DNA of 64,000 nucleotides from Haliotis rufescens (Eukaryota): the NCBI RefSeq assembly GCF_023055435.1, contig NW_025963857.1:1488001-1552000 (forward strand). Reading direction: 5' to 3'. The translations under genes and the position numbers were made by a program. Below the pieces are notes generated by a model. The model was given only the letters and a program-made list of their open reading frames with translations. It did not search any database and was not told the DNA's origin. Positions 51,773 to 64,000 of this stretch are shown in pieces; within the stretch, counting starts at the first letter, position 1, and every line of letters begins with the position of its first letter.

Positions 51773-53477
51773 CAAGTAGCTGGGGTTGATCTGAGGTAAT
51801 TTCCAAAAGAAAACCCTTGAAATAATAGTTTTACCAATATTCAACCACAGATGGGGAATAAACATATGTCCAATTTTGCCTTATTTTACTTTTTCCAAAA
51901 CTTGGCTGCATTTGGCCATAAAACAATAAAATAATTTGGTCTGGCCCTAATATCATATATAAAGTGACCCAAGCATGCATACTGCCAACAATATTGTCCT
52001 GATGTAATGTGCCCCAAAATGGACAATACAATGCTTAAGTGCTCATAATGCTTTGGAACATTTCTCAAAGTACCAAAATTTCACTTTCATTTTCCTATAA
52101 CAAAATATATATTCTTAAATTGCTATGGAAACCAAACTCCATGATAGTGTTTTTTCAGTCTCTGTATCTGTCTACAGTATACAGGAATTGAGCATTCAGA
52201 CAAAGGCACTATATGGGATAGATATATATACAACACCTCATTCTGCAATAGTACAGCTACTAGTATATCACAGCAGTCGGGGAGTAACCACTGACAATCA
52301 GACACCTGGTAGTGGTAAACAGGACGCTATGGCCCAGCTGACACATTGCAACCACACAGCCACTCATCTTACATAAGCTAGGTGTACTGGCGAGAAATAT
52401 TATGCTGAAAAATCTAACAAGACAGAGATCGATGTTGTAACATAATCCATACCAAGCACAACACAAAGAAATATATATCTTGTTTATAATTACAAAAATC
52501 CCGGAACAGCCTGAATAAGAAATATCAAATGTCACAATATCAAAATCCATACTTATCTTGACAATAAATGAAAAAAAACTAAATAAGCAAACTTGAAACA
52601 TTCCTAGGCTATCTCAAAACTTTCATAGAAACAAATTTTATGATGTGTTTCTGACTACTGAAGGAATAACAGTGTAATATAAATATGCACACATATAAAA
52701 TTGGACTGACGTTTAGAATGTAGTAAGCAATGCATAAATACTTTAGCTTCAAAATATTTAATTACCTTATACAAATAATAAGAACAACAACAGATTTGAA
52801 GAAATCTCTATTTTCTATATTACCGTATTTTCTTGAGTATAGTGCGCACTTTTTTTCGAAAAAACACAGCTGTGTAGAAGGGGGTGCGCATTATACACGA
52901 ATTATGAGTTTGGATGTTTTTTCCATATATATATCCAATACTTCAATTTCTTATCTACATCAGCATCCAGTGAGCGGCAAGTTCTGCCTCACGAGTTGCA
53001 TCGACAGAGAAGCCATGTAAGCCCAGGTGATACCGTTCCCCGTGAACTTTTCCCGATTAACAATCTGTGTTTCAGAGTAATATCATTTGCGAACATATTT
53101 TCTTTGTTGTTTTTTTCTTTGTCTGTTTAATACCATGCTCAGCAATATTCCAGCTACATGATGGTAATCGAGTCTGTGCCAGACAATCCAGTGATTGACA
53201 TCATGAGCATCAATCTACACAATAGGGATACAATGACAAGCATCAACCAAGTCAGCAATCCCATCAGTCACCTCATGCAACAAGCATGGGTTGCTGGAGA
53301 CAAATTCTAACCTAGATCTTCACGGGGTTAGCAAAAGGGTACATGCTCAATCATCCAGAAAGCAGGGTGTGTGGACTAACAAGGTTTCTTTGTAACAAAC
53401 TTGTGTCAAGCAGTGGCAGTAATACGTGAAATGTGGTTCTCAAAACAAGGGTGCACTTATTGGAGCGGAGAGTATCA

Positions 53478-53997
53478 TACCGTATTTCCTCTGTTAAAAG
53501 CCAGCCTCTATTGCAGCCAATGTTTACAGATAAGATGACCAAGCTAATTATTTCTCCCCATTACAATTGAATGCCATAAGGTTTTTAAACCAAGCCGACA
53601 TAGAATCAATAAGGTCTGGCACTCTGCCTCTGATATGAACGAGTGAGTGAGTTCGACTTAACGTCACTTTGAACAGCTTTGCAGTCATATGATGGCATGT
53701 CAGCTTGATGCGGAGGAAAGCCGTAAGCGGTAAGTTATGAGGTCTTAGATGTTTACCATTTAGGTGAAACCGATGAGCATGGGTTGGGTGCTGACAAACC
53801 TAGAAACATAAATAGGACAAACCGTGATTCAAACCCACAATGACAGATTTCTGGCATGCTTCAGGGACGCAACTCAGCACAGCAAAGAGAATGACCTTTA
53901 TAAGACAACTAGACACCTTCTCCTCAGCCTCTGATACAAGCCGGGTCTGATAGTAAAGTTAATATGGGCCCAGTCTCTTAACAGAGGAAATACGGTA
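53478..53997. mobile_element. pogo/Tc1-type MITE with perfect 20-bp inverted ends, containing an antisense family A SINE
   Basis: taccgtatttcctctgttaa (53478-53497) and ttaacagaggaaatacggta (53978-53997); SINE at ~53640-53920. Confidence 0.75.
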
Positions 53998-54020
53998 CTC
54001 TGAGTATGGAAAATATTTTC

Positions 54021-57000
54021 CTACTGGCTTTCCCCCATTAGAGAAAGCAGCTCATTGGTCAATTCCAGTCGGACACCCTTCCATGTAAAATGAGTCGGAG
54101 GATTAGTTTCCCCTTTTTCAAACTCAAAGTCTCGACTTAATTCGATGGCAAGGCTGGATTTGATCAATCCTACGCCCCCAATTACTGGGGCTGCAGGATG
54201 GTAGACTCTCCCACTGGAAGGTAGCATGCATACTTTCTCTGGTTCAAAGCGCACAGTCAGTAACTCTCCAGCACCCCCATAGGAGAGGAGGCTGGACCCA
54301 TCTGCTTGTCGGGAAGGGAGGATTTTGGTGTAGACTACAGGTTTGTCATCACATCGAATGAAGTTCCTCTCTCGACCACACGGGGACAGATAAGGAAATT
54401 CCTCTCGGAAGCGATCAGTCTCGTTCATCTTCAGCCGAGAGAAGAAGAATGCAAGAAAGGCCTTCTCTGGAAAAGAAGATGCTGTAGTTGGTTTGATAAA
54501 GTAATATATCATTAATATGAGTACACTTCCAGCGTATGCAACACACTGATGACTGAGTTGCATAAAACTAAATGAAGTTACCTGCAAGTGGTGTTTGCCC
54601 TTGGGGAAACTTGGAGGCCCAAATTCAATCCCATAGTAGTTAATGACAAGTAAAATTACAAGGTTCAATTACCAAGAGATGGTTAAAGGTATCCTTTTGA
54701 ATTTTTAAACCAACCCCTATGAAGCCAACTTTCAAGTAAAATTTGCATCTTTAAACATAGCACAAAAAAGGAAAACAGAATGAATTTCCTGATATTCCAC
54801 CATTGTCCTTCTTGAGGCCAACACAACAACTGAGTTTCAACACTTCGGTTGAAGTCAAACATATGATTCATCCAAACTTAGAACATCAAAAACTGCTACA
54901 AGATTCAGTAATAGCTGACATTATGGTGAAGGTCAGAGAAAAACATACCTTTGAAACAGGAAGTGAAATTCTTCATTTTGGAATCATCCAGGAAAAGCTA
55001 CAAAACAACATCAATCACATTGACCACAACAAATATAGTATCATATTGTCCCTTTCCATAGTAATGAGAGGGTGAACAAATATAGTTTCATATTGTCCCT
55101 TTCCATAGTAATGAGAGGGGTGAACAAATATAGTTTCATATTATCCCTTTCCATAGTAATGAGAGTAATGAACAAATATAGTTTCATATTGTCCCTTTCC
55201 ATAGTAATGAGAGGGTGAACATATATAGTTTCCATAGTAATGAGAGGGGTGAACAAATATAGTTTCATATTGTCCCTTTCCATAGTAATGAGAGGGGTGA
55301 ACAAATATAGTTTCATATTATCCCTTTCCATAGTAATGAGAGTGATGAACAAATATAGTTTCATATTGTCCTTTTCCATAGTAATGAGAAGGGTGAACAA
55401 ATATAGTTTCATATTGTCTCTTTCCATCATAATGAGAGGGGTGAACAAATATAGTTTCATATTGTCTCTTTCCATAGTAATGAGAGGGTGAACAAATATA
55501 GTTTCATAGTGTCCCTTTCCATAGTAATGAGAGTGATGAACAAATATAGTTTCATATTGTCCCTTTCCATAGTAATAAGAGTGGTGAACAAATATAGTTT
55601 CATATTGTCCCTTTCCATAGTAATGAGAGTGATGAACAAATATAGTTTCATATTGTCCTTTTCCAAAGTAATGAGAGGGTGAACAAATATAGTTTCATAT
55701 TGTCCTTTTCCATAGTCACGAGAGGGGTGAACAAATATAGTTTCATATTGTCCCTTTCCATAGTAATGAGAGTGATGAACAAATATAGTTTCATATTGTC
55801 CTTTTCCATAGTAATGAGAGGGGTGAACAAATATAGTTTCATATTGTCCCTTTCCATAGTAATGAGAGGGTGAACAAATATAGTTTCATATTGTCCCTTT
55901 CCACAGTAATAAGAGTAGTAAACAAATATAGTTTCATATTGTCCTTTTCCATAGTAATGAGAGTCGAACAAATATAGTTTCATATTGTCCCTTTCCATAG
56001 TAATAAGAGTGGTGAACAAATATAGTTTCATATTGTCCCTTTCCATAGTAATGAAAGTGGTGAACAAATATCGTTTCATATTGTCTCTTTCCATAGTAAT
56101 GAAAGTGGTGAACTAATATAGTTTCATATCGTCCCTTTCCATAGTAATAAGAGTGGTGAACAAATATAGTTTCATATTGTCCCTTTCCATAGTAATGAAA
56201 GTGGTGAACAAATATCGTTTCATATTGTCTCTTTCCATAGTAATGAAAGTGGTGAACTAATATAGTTTCATATTGTCCCTTTCCATAGTAATAAGAGTGG
56301 TGAAAAAATATAGTTTCATATTGTCCCTTTCCATAGTAATGAAAGTGGTGAACTAATATAGTTTCATATTGTCCCTTTCCATAGTAATAAGAGTGGTGAA
56401 CAAATATAGTTTCATATTGTCCCTTTCCATAGTAATGAGAGTGATGAACAAATATAGTTTCATATTGTCCTTTTCCATAGTAATGAGAGGGTGAACAAAT
56501 ATAGTTTCATATTGTCGTTTTCCATAGTCATGAGAGGGGTTAACAAATATAGTTTCATATTGTCCCTTTCCATAGTAATGAGAGTGATGAACAAATATAG
56601 TTTCATATTGTCCTTTTCCATAGTAATGAGAGGGGTGAACAAATATAGTTTCATATTGTCCCTTTCCATAGTAATGAAAGTGGTGAACTAATATAGTTTC
56701 ATATTGTCCCTTTCCATAGTAATAAGAGTGGTGAACAAATATAGTTTCATATTGTCCCTTTCCATAGTAATGAGAGTCGAACAAATATAGTTTCATATTG
56801 TCCCTTTCCATAGTAATGAAAGTGGTGAACTAATATAGTTTCATATTGTCCCTTTCCATAGTAATAAGAGTGGTGAACAAATATAGTTTCATATTGTCCC
56901 TTTCCATAGTAATGAAAGTGGTGAACTAATATAGTTTCATATTGTCCCTTTCCATAGTAATAAGAGTGGTGAACAAATATAGTTTCATATTGTCCCTTTC

Positions 57001-60000
57001 CATAGTAATAAGAGTGGTGAACAAATATAGTTTCATATTGTCCCTTTCCATAGTAATGAAAGTGGTGAACTAATATAGTTTCATATTGTCCCTTTCCATA
57101 GTAATGAGAGTGGTGAACAAATATAGTTTCATATTGTCCCTTTCCATAGTAATGAAAGTGGTGAACTAATATAGTTTCATATTGTCCCTTTCCATAGTAA
57201 TAAGAGTGGTGAACAAATATAGTTTCATATTGTCCCTTTCCATAGTAATGAAAGTGGTGAACTAATATAGTTTCATATTGTCCCTTTCCATAGTAATAAG
57301 AGTGGTGAACAAATATAGTTTCATATTGTCCCTTTCCATAGTAATGAAAGTGGTGAACTAATATAGTTTCATATTGTCCCTTTCCATAGTAATAAGAGTG
57401 GTGAACAAATATAGTTTCATATTGTCCCTTTCCATCATAATGTGGGGATGATCCAAAATATACAGTTTTAATTTCATTGAATGGTGTTTATATATCTGGA
57501 GCATCATGTAGCAGAATAAAGGATTAAGAAATAACAAGACATCTAAACATGCAAGACAATTTGAAGATTGAAAGATGAGCAGTTATTGTTGGGATTGAGA
57601 TGAGTGCAAGGACAAGCTGATCTTACAGGACAGGTAGAAACTTTACTTGACTCTGGCTCGGACTAGTAGCTAAATTCAAAGACTGCTGTCAGTCATTGAT
57701 AGGCCTGACTGTGTGATAGCTCGGACTCCATTAAAACCTTTAAAGAACTGGCATCATGCATGATCTGGCGTAGGCCAGTGGGCAAGTATGATTCAATTTC
57801 CTAGTCAGTCAAAACCAACTTTGTCTGAATACTCAAAGTTAGTGATATCAGTCAAGTAGTGAATGATTATCTTTAATCACTTTAATCTGGATGCTTTGAT
57901 GTCATATTACATTGATTTGTAAACTAACATGCTGAAAACAAAACTTTGCAGTTTTTTTTGTAGATATACAAAGTGTTACATGATGATTATGTTATACAAG
58001 GTGTTACATGATGATTATGTTCCAAGCCTATGACAAATTGTAATGATACAAGAGAGTCGTGGTTGACATGACACGCCCAGTAATTTGAGTGTGGCACTGA
58101 AATTTACATACACCTTTAAATGTGTTAATAAACAGGAAAAGTTCTTAATTTCACAAACACCACTAATAACAATATGTTGTATTCTATAATTTATACCTAG
58201 ATTGAAATGAGCATCAGAAAGTGGAGAATAGTATCTGATCTTTTGGTGTAAAGCAATGTCTGTCTCTGTCAGCATAAAGAGGGTGTTAGGGCCAAAATAT
58301 GTTTGACTTTTTTAACTGAAGAGTTCAATACTTGACTTTATATTTGAGAAAAAAACGTGGACCAGCATAAAATAAACTGCTGAAATGTTGACCTTCTTAA
58401 AGGGGCACTGATCTAACGCATTTCCCCGGACTGGTTGTTGCCTTTGTTATTGTTTTTCCCCCGTGAGTACCCGGATGATACGCAACGCAACTGAGCGTGA
58501 CCAGAGACTGGGCTACCGTCTGCAAGTACAGCTAAATAAACTTTGGAGGCTGGAGGCAATATTTGTTTTACGCATTTTTGAACACTGATTGGTTAACTGT
58601 GATCTATAAAGATTTCTTCAAAGGGCGCATGTTAATTAATTTCTTCAGCCTAAACAAACAGACAAAAAGAACGGTGGAGCTCATCGGATGTCGTCATTTG
58701 GAAATACCCCAGGCGGTTATAGTTTAATATAAAAAAAAGTATCCATGCAGTGAAAGCATTTTCGGATTTCGGATTGCGTCGATAATACGATTACTACTCC
58801 CTTGATGTCATCCACGTTTTCTGGTATAACCCTACACTTGTGTATTTGTCGTCATTCACTAGATGCTCAGTTAATGAATTTATTACAGGTACAATTAGTG
58901 GTAGCACCACTTAGATTACCCGACAAAGGTTCCCATTTGGCATTTATTGTGTCTGGGGTATATTATTCAATCAAAATCCAGGTTTGAAGTGAGGTGAAAT
59001 TTGTGTTATGTTATATGCACGTGGCAGCCCAGCAAGAGGTGAATGATCGGTTGATTTACTTATTTTTGTAAATCAACGGATCGTTCCTAGTCATCAAAGG
59101 AATAACAGGAAATACGTGGATTGATTAATCACTGTTATCTTGCACAGTGGATATGTTAAAAGTGAGTGTTTACATGTCTAGGTTTACTAAAACAAAGGGA
59201 ATACACTCATATCATGGCGTGAAGTGCTGATGTAAAAACAACATACTTTGTTCAAAGGGTTAACTGATAATACGTTGATTGATTGCTCATTGTTATCTAT
59301 CACTCAATGGATTTTTTTAGAAACCGTGGACGTTATGAAAATAGTTGTCACGTGGGCTTTCTCAGCCGACCTTTGAGACCTTACACCTACATGTATGTGA
59401 AACACCTGAAACAATCTAAGTGATCAGTTGAGAAACGAACACGGGTTATAATATTCCGAAACGATGTATATCTTGATTGTTGCAGAGACACGTGACATCG
59501 AATAAGTTTCTTTGTACAGCTGCAGACGAGTGGGCTATTGTTCCTTTGTGTGGATATTCACGGATACATTACTCGAACAAGGAAGCTGCCTAAAATTTAG
59601 ACACATAAATTTGGTAGGTTGTACTTATGGTATTTGCATTTTGTTTTCCTTCATTTGCTGTAGCATTGAACCGATTCGTCCTTGTTTTTCTACGTCTTGG
59701 TTGGGAAATTCTTCAATGCGCGATAGACGTTGTGTTCACAGGCCTTTTCCCTTGTAGGCGTGTATATATTACCGTCAATTTGTAAAATATAATTCTCTCA
59801 GGCAATTTATAAAATGTGTAAATATTTCAGTCATTTTGACTAAAAAAATCTGTCCAGATTGATTTAGACGATCAAAAGGGCCTACAAACATCACAACAGA
59901 TTATTATGTAGGATTAGAAGCCAAACAACACAGAAATGTACTTTTCAGTCTCTTGGTGATGACATTAAACATCAAAATGTTTCGAATTCGTTATCATAAT

Positions 60001-60827
60001 AATACAGATGGAAATGTTTTTCAGTCACTTTGTTAAATAACTGAATATTTAGGCGTTTAATAAATTTTAAAATGTTACACATTTTGACAAAAATATACAC
60101 ACTATCAAAAAGCAATGCTCAGGTGAAACTTTGTGTTGCAAGTTAAAATAGTGTAAACGAAAATCGCAAAATTACCAAGCAAGTGACTTATCAAAACTAC
60201 GTCACCATTACCGATGCTACCCACAAAGATACTTACATTTCCTTATTATCTCGAAAACTGTATTTCATTTTGTTGATCAATGTGACCATACGCCCTTATT
60301 ACTACCCATACAAGTGACTAATGCGCTTACAAATGGCGCAGCAGAGTTCGCGAACTAGTCTAGATTTCTGCTATACATCCGGGTACTCACTGGGAAAAAA
60401 ACAATAACAAAGGCAACAACCAGTCCCGGGGAATTGCGTTAGATCAGTGCCCCTTTAATAATGGTAGCACTGAAAACATATCCGTCAAGCTACAGTAACC
60501 TGAAACTGATCAACTAATTATTCTGCTTACAGATGACAACTGATCACTAACAACCCTTATTGATGAATACGAAAAAAAAATTCTCTGGTTGTTACTCTTC
60601 AGTAATAGATCTAGTTATCTGATAGGTCATTTTTTGCTACACCAAGTAATCATCTTGATGAGCAACTAGTCAATTACCTGTCCTTGATGATCAATAAAGT
60701 AAAAGTATTCTCTGATTTTCGGTTCAGGGGACTGTCCCTGGACATAATGGATGAATCTGGCTGTGCTAAGAAAATGTCTGCGTGATGTCAAATTGAACAA
60801 ACTTCTTGTAAATTTGACAGTTGTCAT
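54021..60827 (-). CDS. C8orf82: UPF0598 protein C8orf82 homolog, 3 exons, 214 aa
   Basis: Exons 60827-60678 (MTTVKF..YVQGQSPEPKIREYFYFIDHQGQ), 54997-54949 (LFLDDSKMKNFTSCFK) and 54466-54021 (EKAFLAFFFSRL..FPYLSPCGRERNFIRCDDKPVV..GRVYHPA..GGVGLIKSSLAIELS..PTHFTWKG); 645 nt, GT-AG, in phase. Confidence 0.93.
55026..57452. repeat. 48-bp (some 47-bp) minisatellite, about 50 copies, in C8orf82 intron 1
   Basis: Unit gaacaaatatagtttcatattgtccctttccatagtaatgagagtggt. Confidence 0.97.
58401..60454. mobile_element. Non-autonomous Kolobok-type DNA transposon (TTAA TSD, about 80-bp TIRs)
   Basis: TTAA|aggggcactgatctaacgcatttccccggactggttgttgcctttgttattg..gagtacccggatg and its reverse complement ending ..gatcagtgcccct|TTAA. 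AG..CT termini fit Kolobok rather than piggyBac (CCC). Confidence 0.85.
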
Positions 60828-61121
60828 GCTTCCCAGTTTTGTTTACATCGGAAGTTTTCAATACGCATGTCACGCGCACTGTTTCCGGAAAGTTATTAGT
60901 AAACTAAAATTCAATTGGCTAGAAGGAACTATCTGAGCCAATCATGGACAGGCTTATACACTGCGTCGGCGGTTTTCTCCCCATATTTCCATGTCGGAGT
61001 CATGAATGGGAATCTTACCATGTGATAAAACAATGATTTTGTGTTATATTTGACGTTTCACATAACATCTAATGACGTCTTTAGGAAATTAATGTTCATT
61101 TTAGAATAATTAACTTATAAA
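60828..61121. promoter_or_regulatory. Compact bidirectional promoter for C8orf82 and KATNB1
   Basis: Only 294 bp between divergent ATGs; ETS-like ttccggaa (~60882), opposed CCAAT boxes attggct (~60915) and agccaatca (~60936). Confidence 0.65.
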
Positions 61122-62729
61122 ATGTCACAAACGAAGCGAGCATGGAAACTACGTAAGTATTTAAACGATCCGCTGACATGCCAAATAAGACTAGAAATGA
61201 TTTCTCCTCACAAAATCTTGACTGACATAAAAAGGATGTGTATCTATGCGATGTTAGGATCTATGCCATGTTTTGCTATACGTGATAGTATGTTTTTCAT
61301 TCTTATGGTCACTTTGATTAAGATAACCCGATGACAGTTAACATGTGTTAAAACGCACAAATTGACAAAACACAATATTTTCATGTGAATTGGAAGATCT
61401 AGGTTCATTCACTCTGGTTGGTGTATCATCCCCTGTGTGTTAAACCAACCTCTTGAAACAGGTAGTAGAATAAGAGGTATACTTGCATGTGGTAAATCCA
61501 AATATACAAGAGCTAAAAAGATGAGTGCCATGTTAATACACATTTAATTATATACTGGTTATTGGAGAATATAATTTCATTTTCTTCAGAACATTGACAA
61601 CTGAACTTGTTTATCCTGGGGCAAATAGAGATTGGAAAGGAACATGATAAATGTTATAAATTCTGCCTGCTTACAAATTAATGAACACGGTTGTAATAAC
61701 TGATGATAGATGTGTCACCATTTGCATAATTAGTGTCATAAATGTGATTAATATCTATCTTCTTGTTTTTAGCATGGGAAAACTAGCTTACAAGGGATAT
61801 TAGTAAACTGATATATTGAATTTATTAATCATTTTTATTGACAATGCTAATGAATTTAAGCAAATTTGCTTTCTCTTTTCACATCAAATGAGTAGCTTTG
61901 GTTTGAAATGTTATCTGAAGTGAATTTGGGAGGAGAAACGTGTAAATAAAATTAATTATTTCACCATGTTCAAAGCTAAAGATTTTTTTATGATAAGTTT
62001 GTTCTTCACTTAACAATTGCATGTGAGCTAAGGACTGAAGGTACTAGTGGTTAAAGTTATGGTAGTATGGCCGAAGACCTGGATTCTGTTTCCATCCTTT
62101 GTACAAACCCATGAAGATCCGGTGTAGAACAGGTCTTCAGCAACCCATGCTTTCTGTAAGAGGCGACTATGCTTGTCGTAAGAGGAGACTACAGGATCAG
62201 GTGGTCACGCTCGCTGACTTGGTTGATGCATGTCATCATGTCCCAATTGCGTAGATGGATGCTCATGATGTCAATCACTAGATTGTCTGGTCTGGACTTG
62301 ATTATTTACAGACCGCCATCATACAGCTGGAATATTGCTGAGTGCTGCGATAAACAGCAAGCAAACATCATGTGTACCATATGTACAATGGCTGCAGCAC
62401 TCTCTTGGTGTCCCGACATCTTGTAGCAGAATAATGGATATACAAATAAGACTGATAACCAGAAATCTACCAATAAACGTTATCAAAGAAGAAATATCCT
62501 TAAATAATATTTTTGTGAAAAGGTAAAAAAATACTAGTTAAGAAACCAAGAAAAGCTGGTGTTAGAATTGATGAGTGTTTTTATTTCTGTTTTGACAGAG
62601 GAGTTTGTGGCTCACAGTGCCAATATCCAGTGTCTGGCAATGGGTCACAAGTCCGGCAGGGTCATGGTCACTGGTGGGGAAGACCGGAAGGTCAACCTAT
62701 GGGCCCTCGGCAAGCCACATTGCATCATG
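61122..62729 (+). CDS. KATNB1: Katanin p80 WD40 subunit B1, first two coding exons (gene continues beyond the window)
   Basis: Exons 61122-61152 and 62599-62729 splice to [54 protein letters not shown], the conserved KATNB1 N-terminus. Confidence 0.93.
62108..62365 (+). mobile_element. Retroposon family C copy in KATNB1 intron 1
   Basis: cccatgaagatccgg..agaacaggtcttcagcaacccatgc..atgcttgtcgtaagagg..cagaccgccatcatacagctggaatattgctgagtgc. Confidence 0.8.
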
Positions 62730-63967
62730 GTAGGTGTACCAGTTTATATATGGCAGTTGACTTGATGAACACTGAAATGACACAGTCTTCAGAGAGGCCA
62801 CTTTGTGTCTTGACAGAGTCAAAAACAAATGTTTCATGTCAGCCTTGTTTTTCTAACTATGCTAACCGTCCTTGTATTTGACAAATAATAAGTTATGCAT
62901 TCTGAATACGGAGCAAAACATTGATCTTGTTTTTAATGGAACTTGATTTAGATTGACAAGATTGCTATTACAAATACTGATACATCTTTTTTAAAAGAGG
63001 GTGTGCACTTGTAATATAAAAAATGAATGGACAATTTGTGAATCAATTTATGTTTGTTAGCCAAAATTTAATCAATCATTTTTGATGACATGATAAGGTT
63101 TTTACCATGACTTACAGAAGTGGAGGTCCAAGGGACCCCCAATAATTAATTTTAAGGGTCGTTGCAGGCAGTATGAGGGTCCTGTGAAGTAATGAAATGG
63201 TGTCGTGTACTGTACGTTTACATAAGTACTTGAGAGCCTGGAATGAATCAATGGTCATGTGGACTGTGGTCATGATTGATGGACAAAATATCAGACCCCA
63301 CAACTGCCTTGATGTGCTGTAGGTATGATGAATATCATTTTCAGCCCTTGGGACATGCATGTAGTACACATTTTTTTCTGCATCCATTATCTACGTTTGT
63401 GCATACTGGACATCCATTTGTGCATCGCGTTAAACCCTGCATCATGTGGCTTTACTTAAGTCGGTTATATGTTTGTTTATACATCAACATGCTGTGTATG
63501 TTTCTAAAAGGGAAATAGTACGCATGCACAGACTCTCTCACACGACTTGGTTGATGCATGTCATCGCATCCCAATTGTGTGGATTGATGCTCATGATATC
63601 AATCACTGGATTGTCTGGTCCAGACTTGATTATTTACAGACTGCCGTCATATAGCTGTAATATTGCAACAAACCAACTAACCAACAACCAGTTTTATACC
63701 GATAAAATTAGGCTTGGACCGGTAATTCTTGTGACGCCAGTCCCTGTGCAAATAAAGTACTTATAAATCACATCGGTGATGATCCATATAAGTACATTTT
63801 TCAAACAAAGTCAGCTTGTCTGTTACCATCCAGGTTTCCCCTTGTCTATTTCTAGGTTAAATACCCATTTGTAGCGACTTCATCTCGAAATATTTAAAAA
63901 ACAGAGAAAACTGTGCCTGGAGTTTGTGTGAATGATGTATAGATCTAACAAAGTTACTTCAGAGATG

Positions 63968-64000
63968 GGGGGGCGGTCGGGTAGCCTAGTGGTTAAAGCG
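63968..64000 (+). mobile_element. Head of a family B tRNA-SINE, cut by the window edge
   Basis: gggggcggtcgggtagcctagtggttaaagcg (A box) matches the family B head at 12590..12752. Confidence 0.65.

Noticed and set aside
54467-54668. N-terminal part of ORF 54021..54668 as coding
   Set aside because: Intronic read-through; family similarity starts at the acceptor at 54466 and the true upstream exons were found.
55041-56811. MERDNMKLYLF-repeat ORFs on both strands
   Set aside because: Intronic 48-bp minisatellite with frequent 47-bp frameshifting units.

Overview
Eukaryotic, AT-rich animal DNA with spliceosomal introns. The repeat families and the TRIM-NHL expansion suggest a mollusc, most likely a gastropod such as abalone; this is inference, not a database result. 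Left half (1-34.3 kb): a TE-riddled tandem duplication of a ~16-19 kb block. Each block carries a minus-strand RING/B-box/B-box/coiled-coil/NHL-propeller (TRIM) gene. Copy 1 has a 16-nt deletion after B-box1, copy 2 has a 4-nt deletion near the end of the NHL propeller, and a third, inverted, internally deleted relic lies at 1.5-2.3 kb. Around them are Penelope-like RT relics, several Tc1/mariner relics, a LINE relic, a MULE-like transposase tail facing a P2X7-ballast/KolX-like pseudogene, three short retroposon families sharing one 3' tail, and 20, 29, 46, 48 and 57 bp minisatellites. Right half: two head-to-head gene pairs. ASTE1 (single coding exon) faces PIGM (5 coding exons, 422 aa). A UPF0598/C8orf82 homolog (3 exons, 214 aa; its intron holds a 48-bp minisatellite and a TTAA-flanked Kolobok-type element) faces KATNB1 (first two coding exons). 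No CRISPR array, rRNA or credible functional tRNA gene was found.
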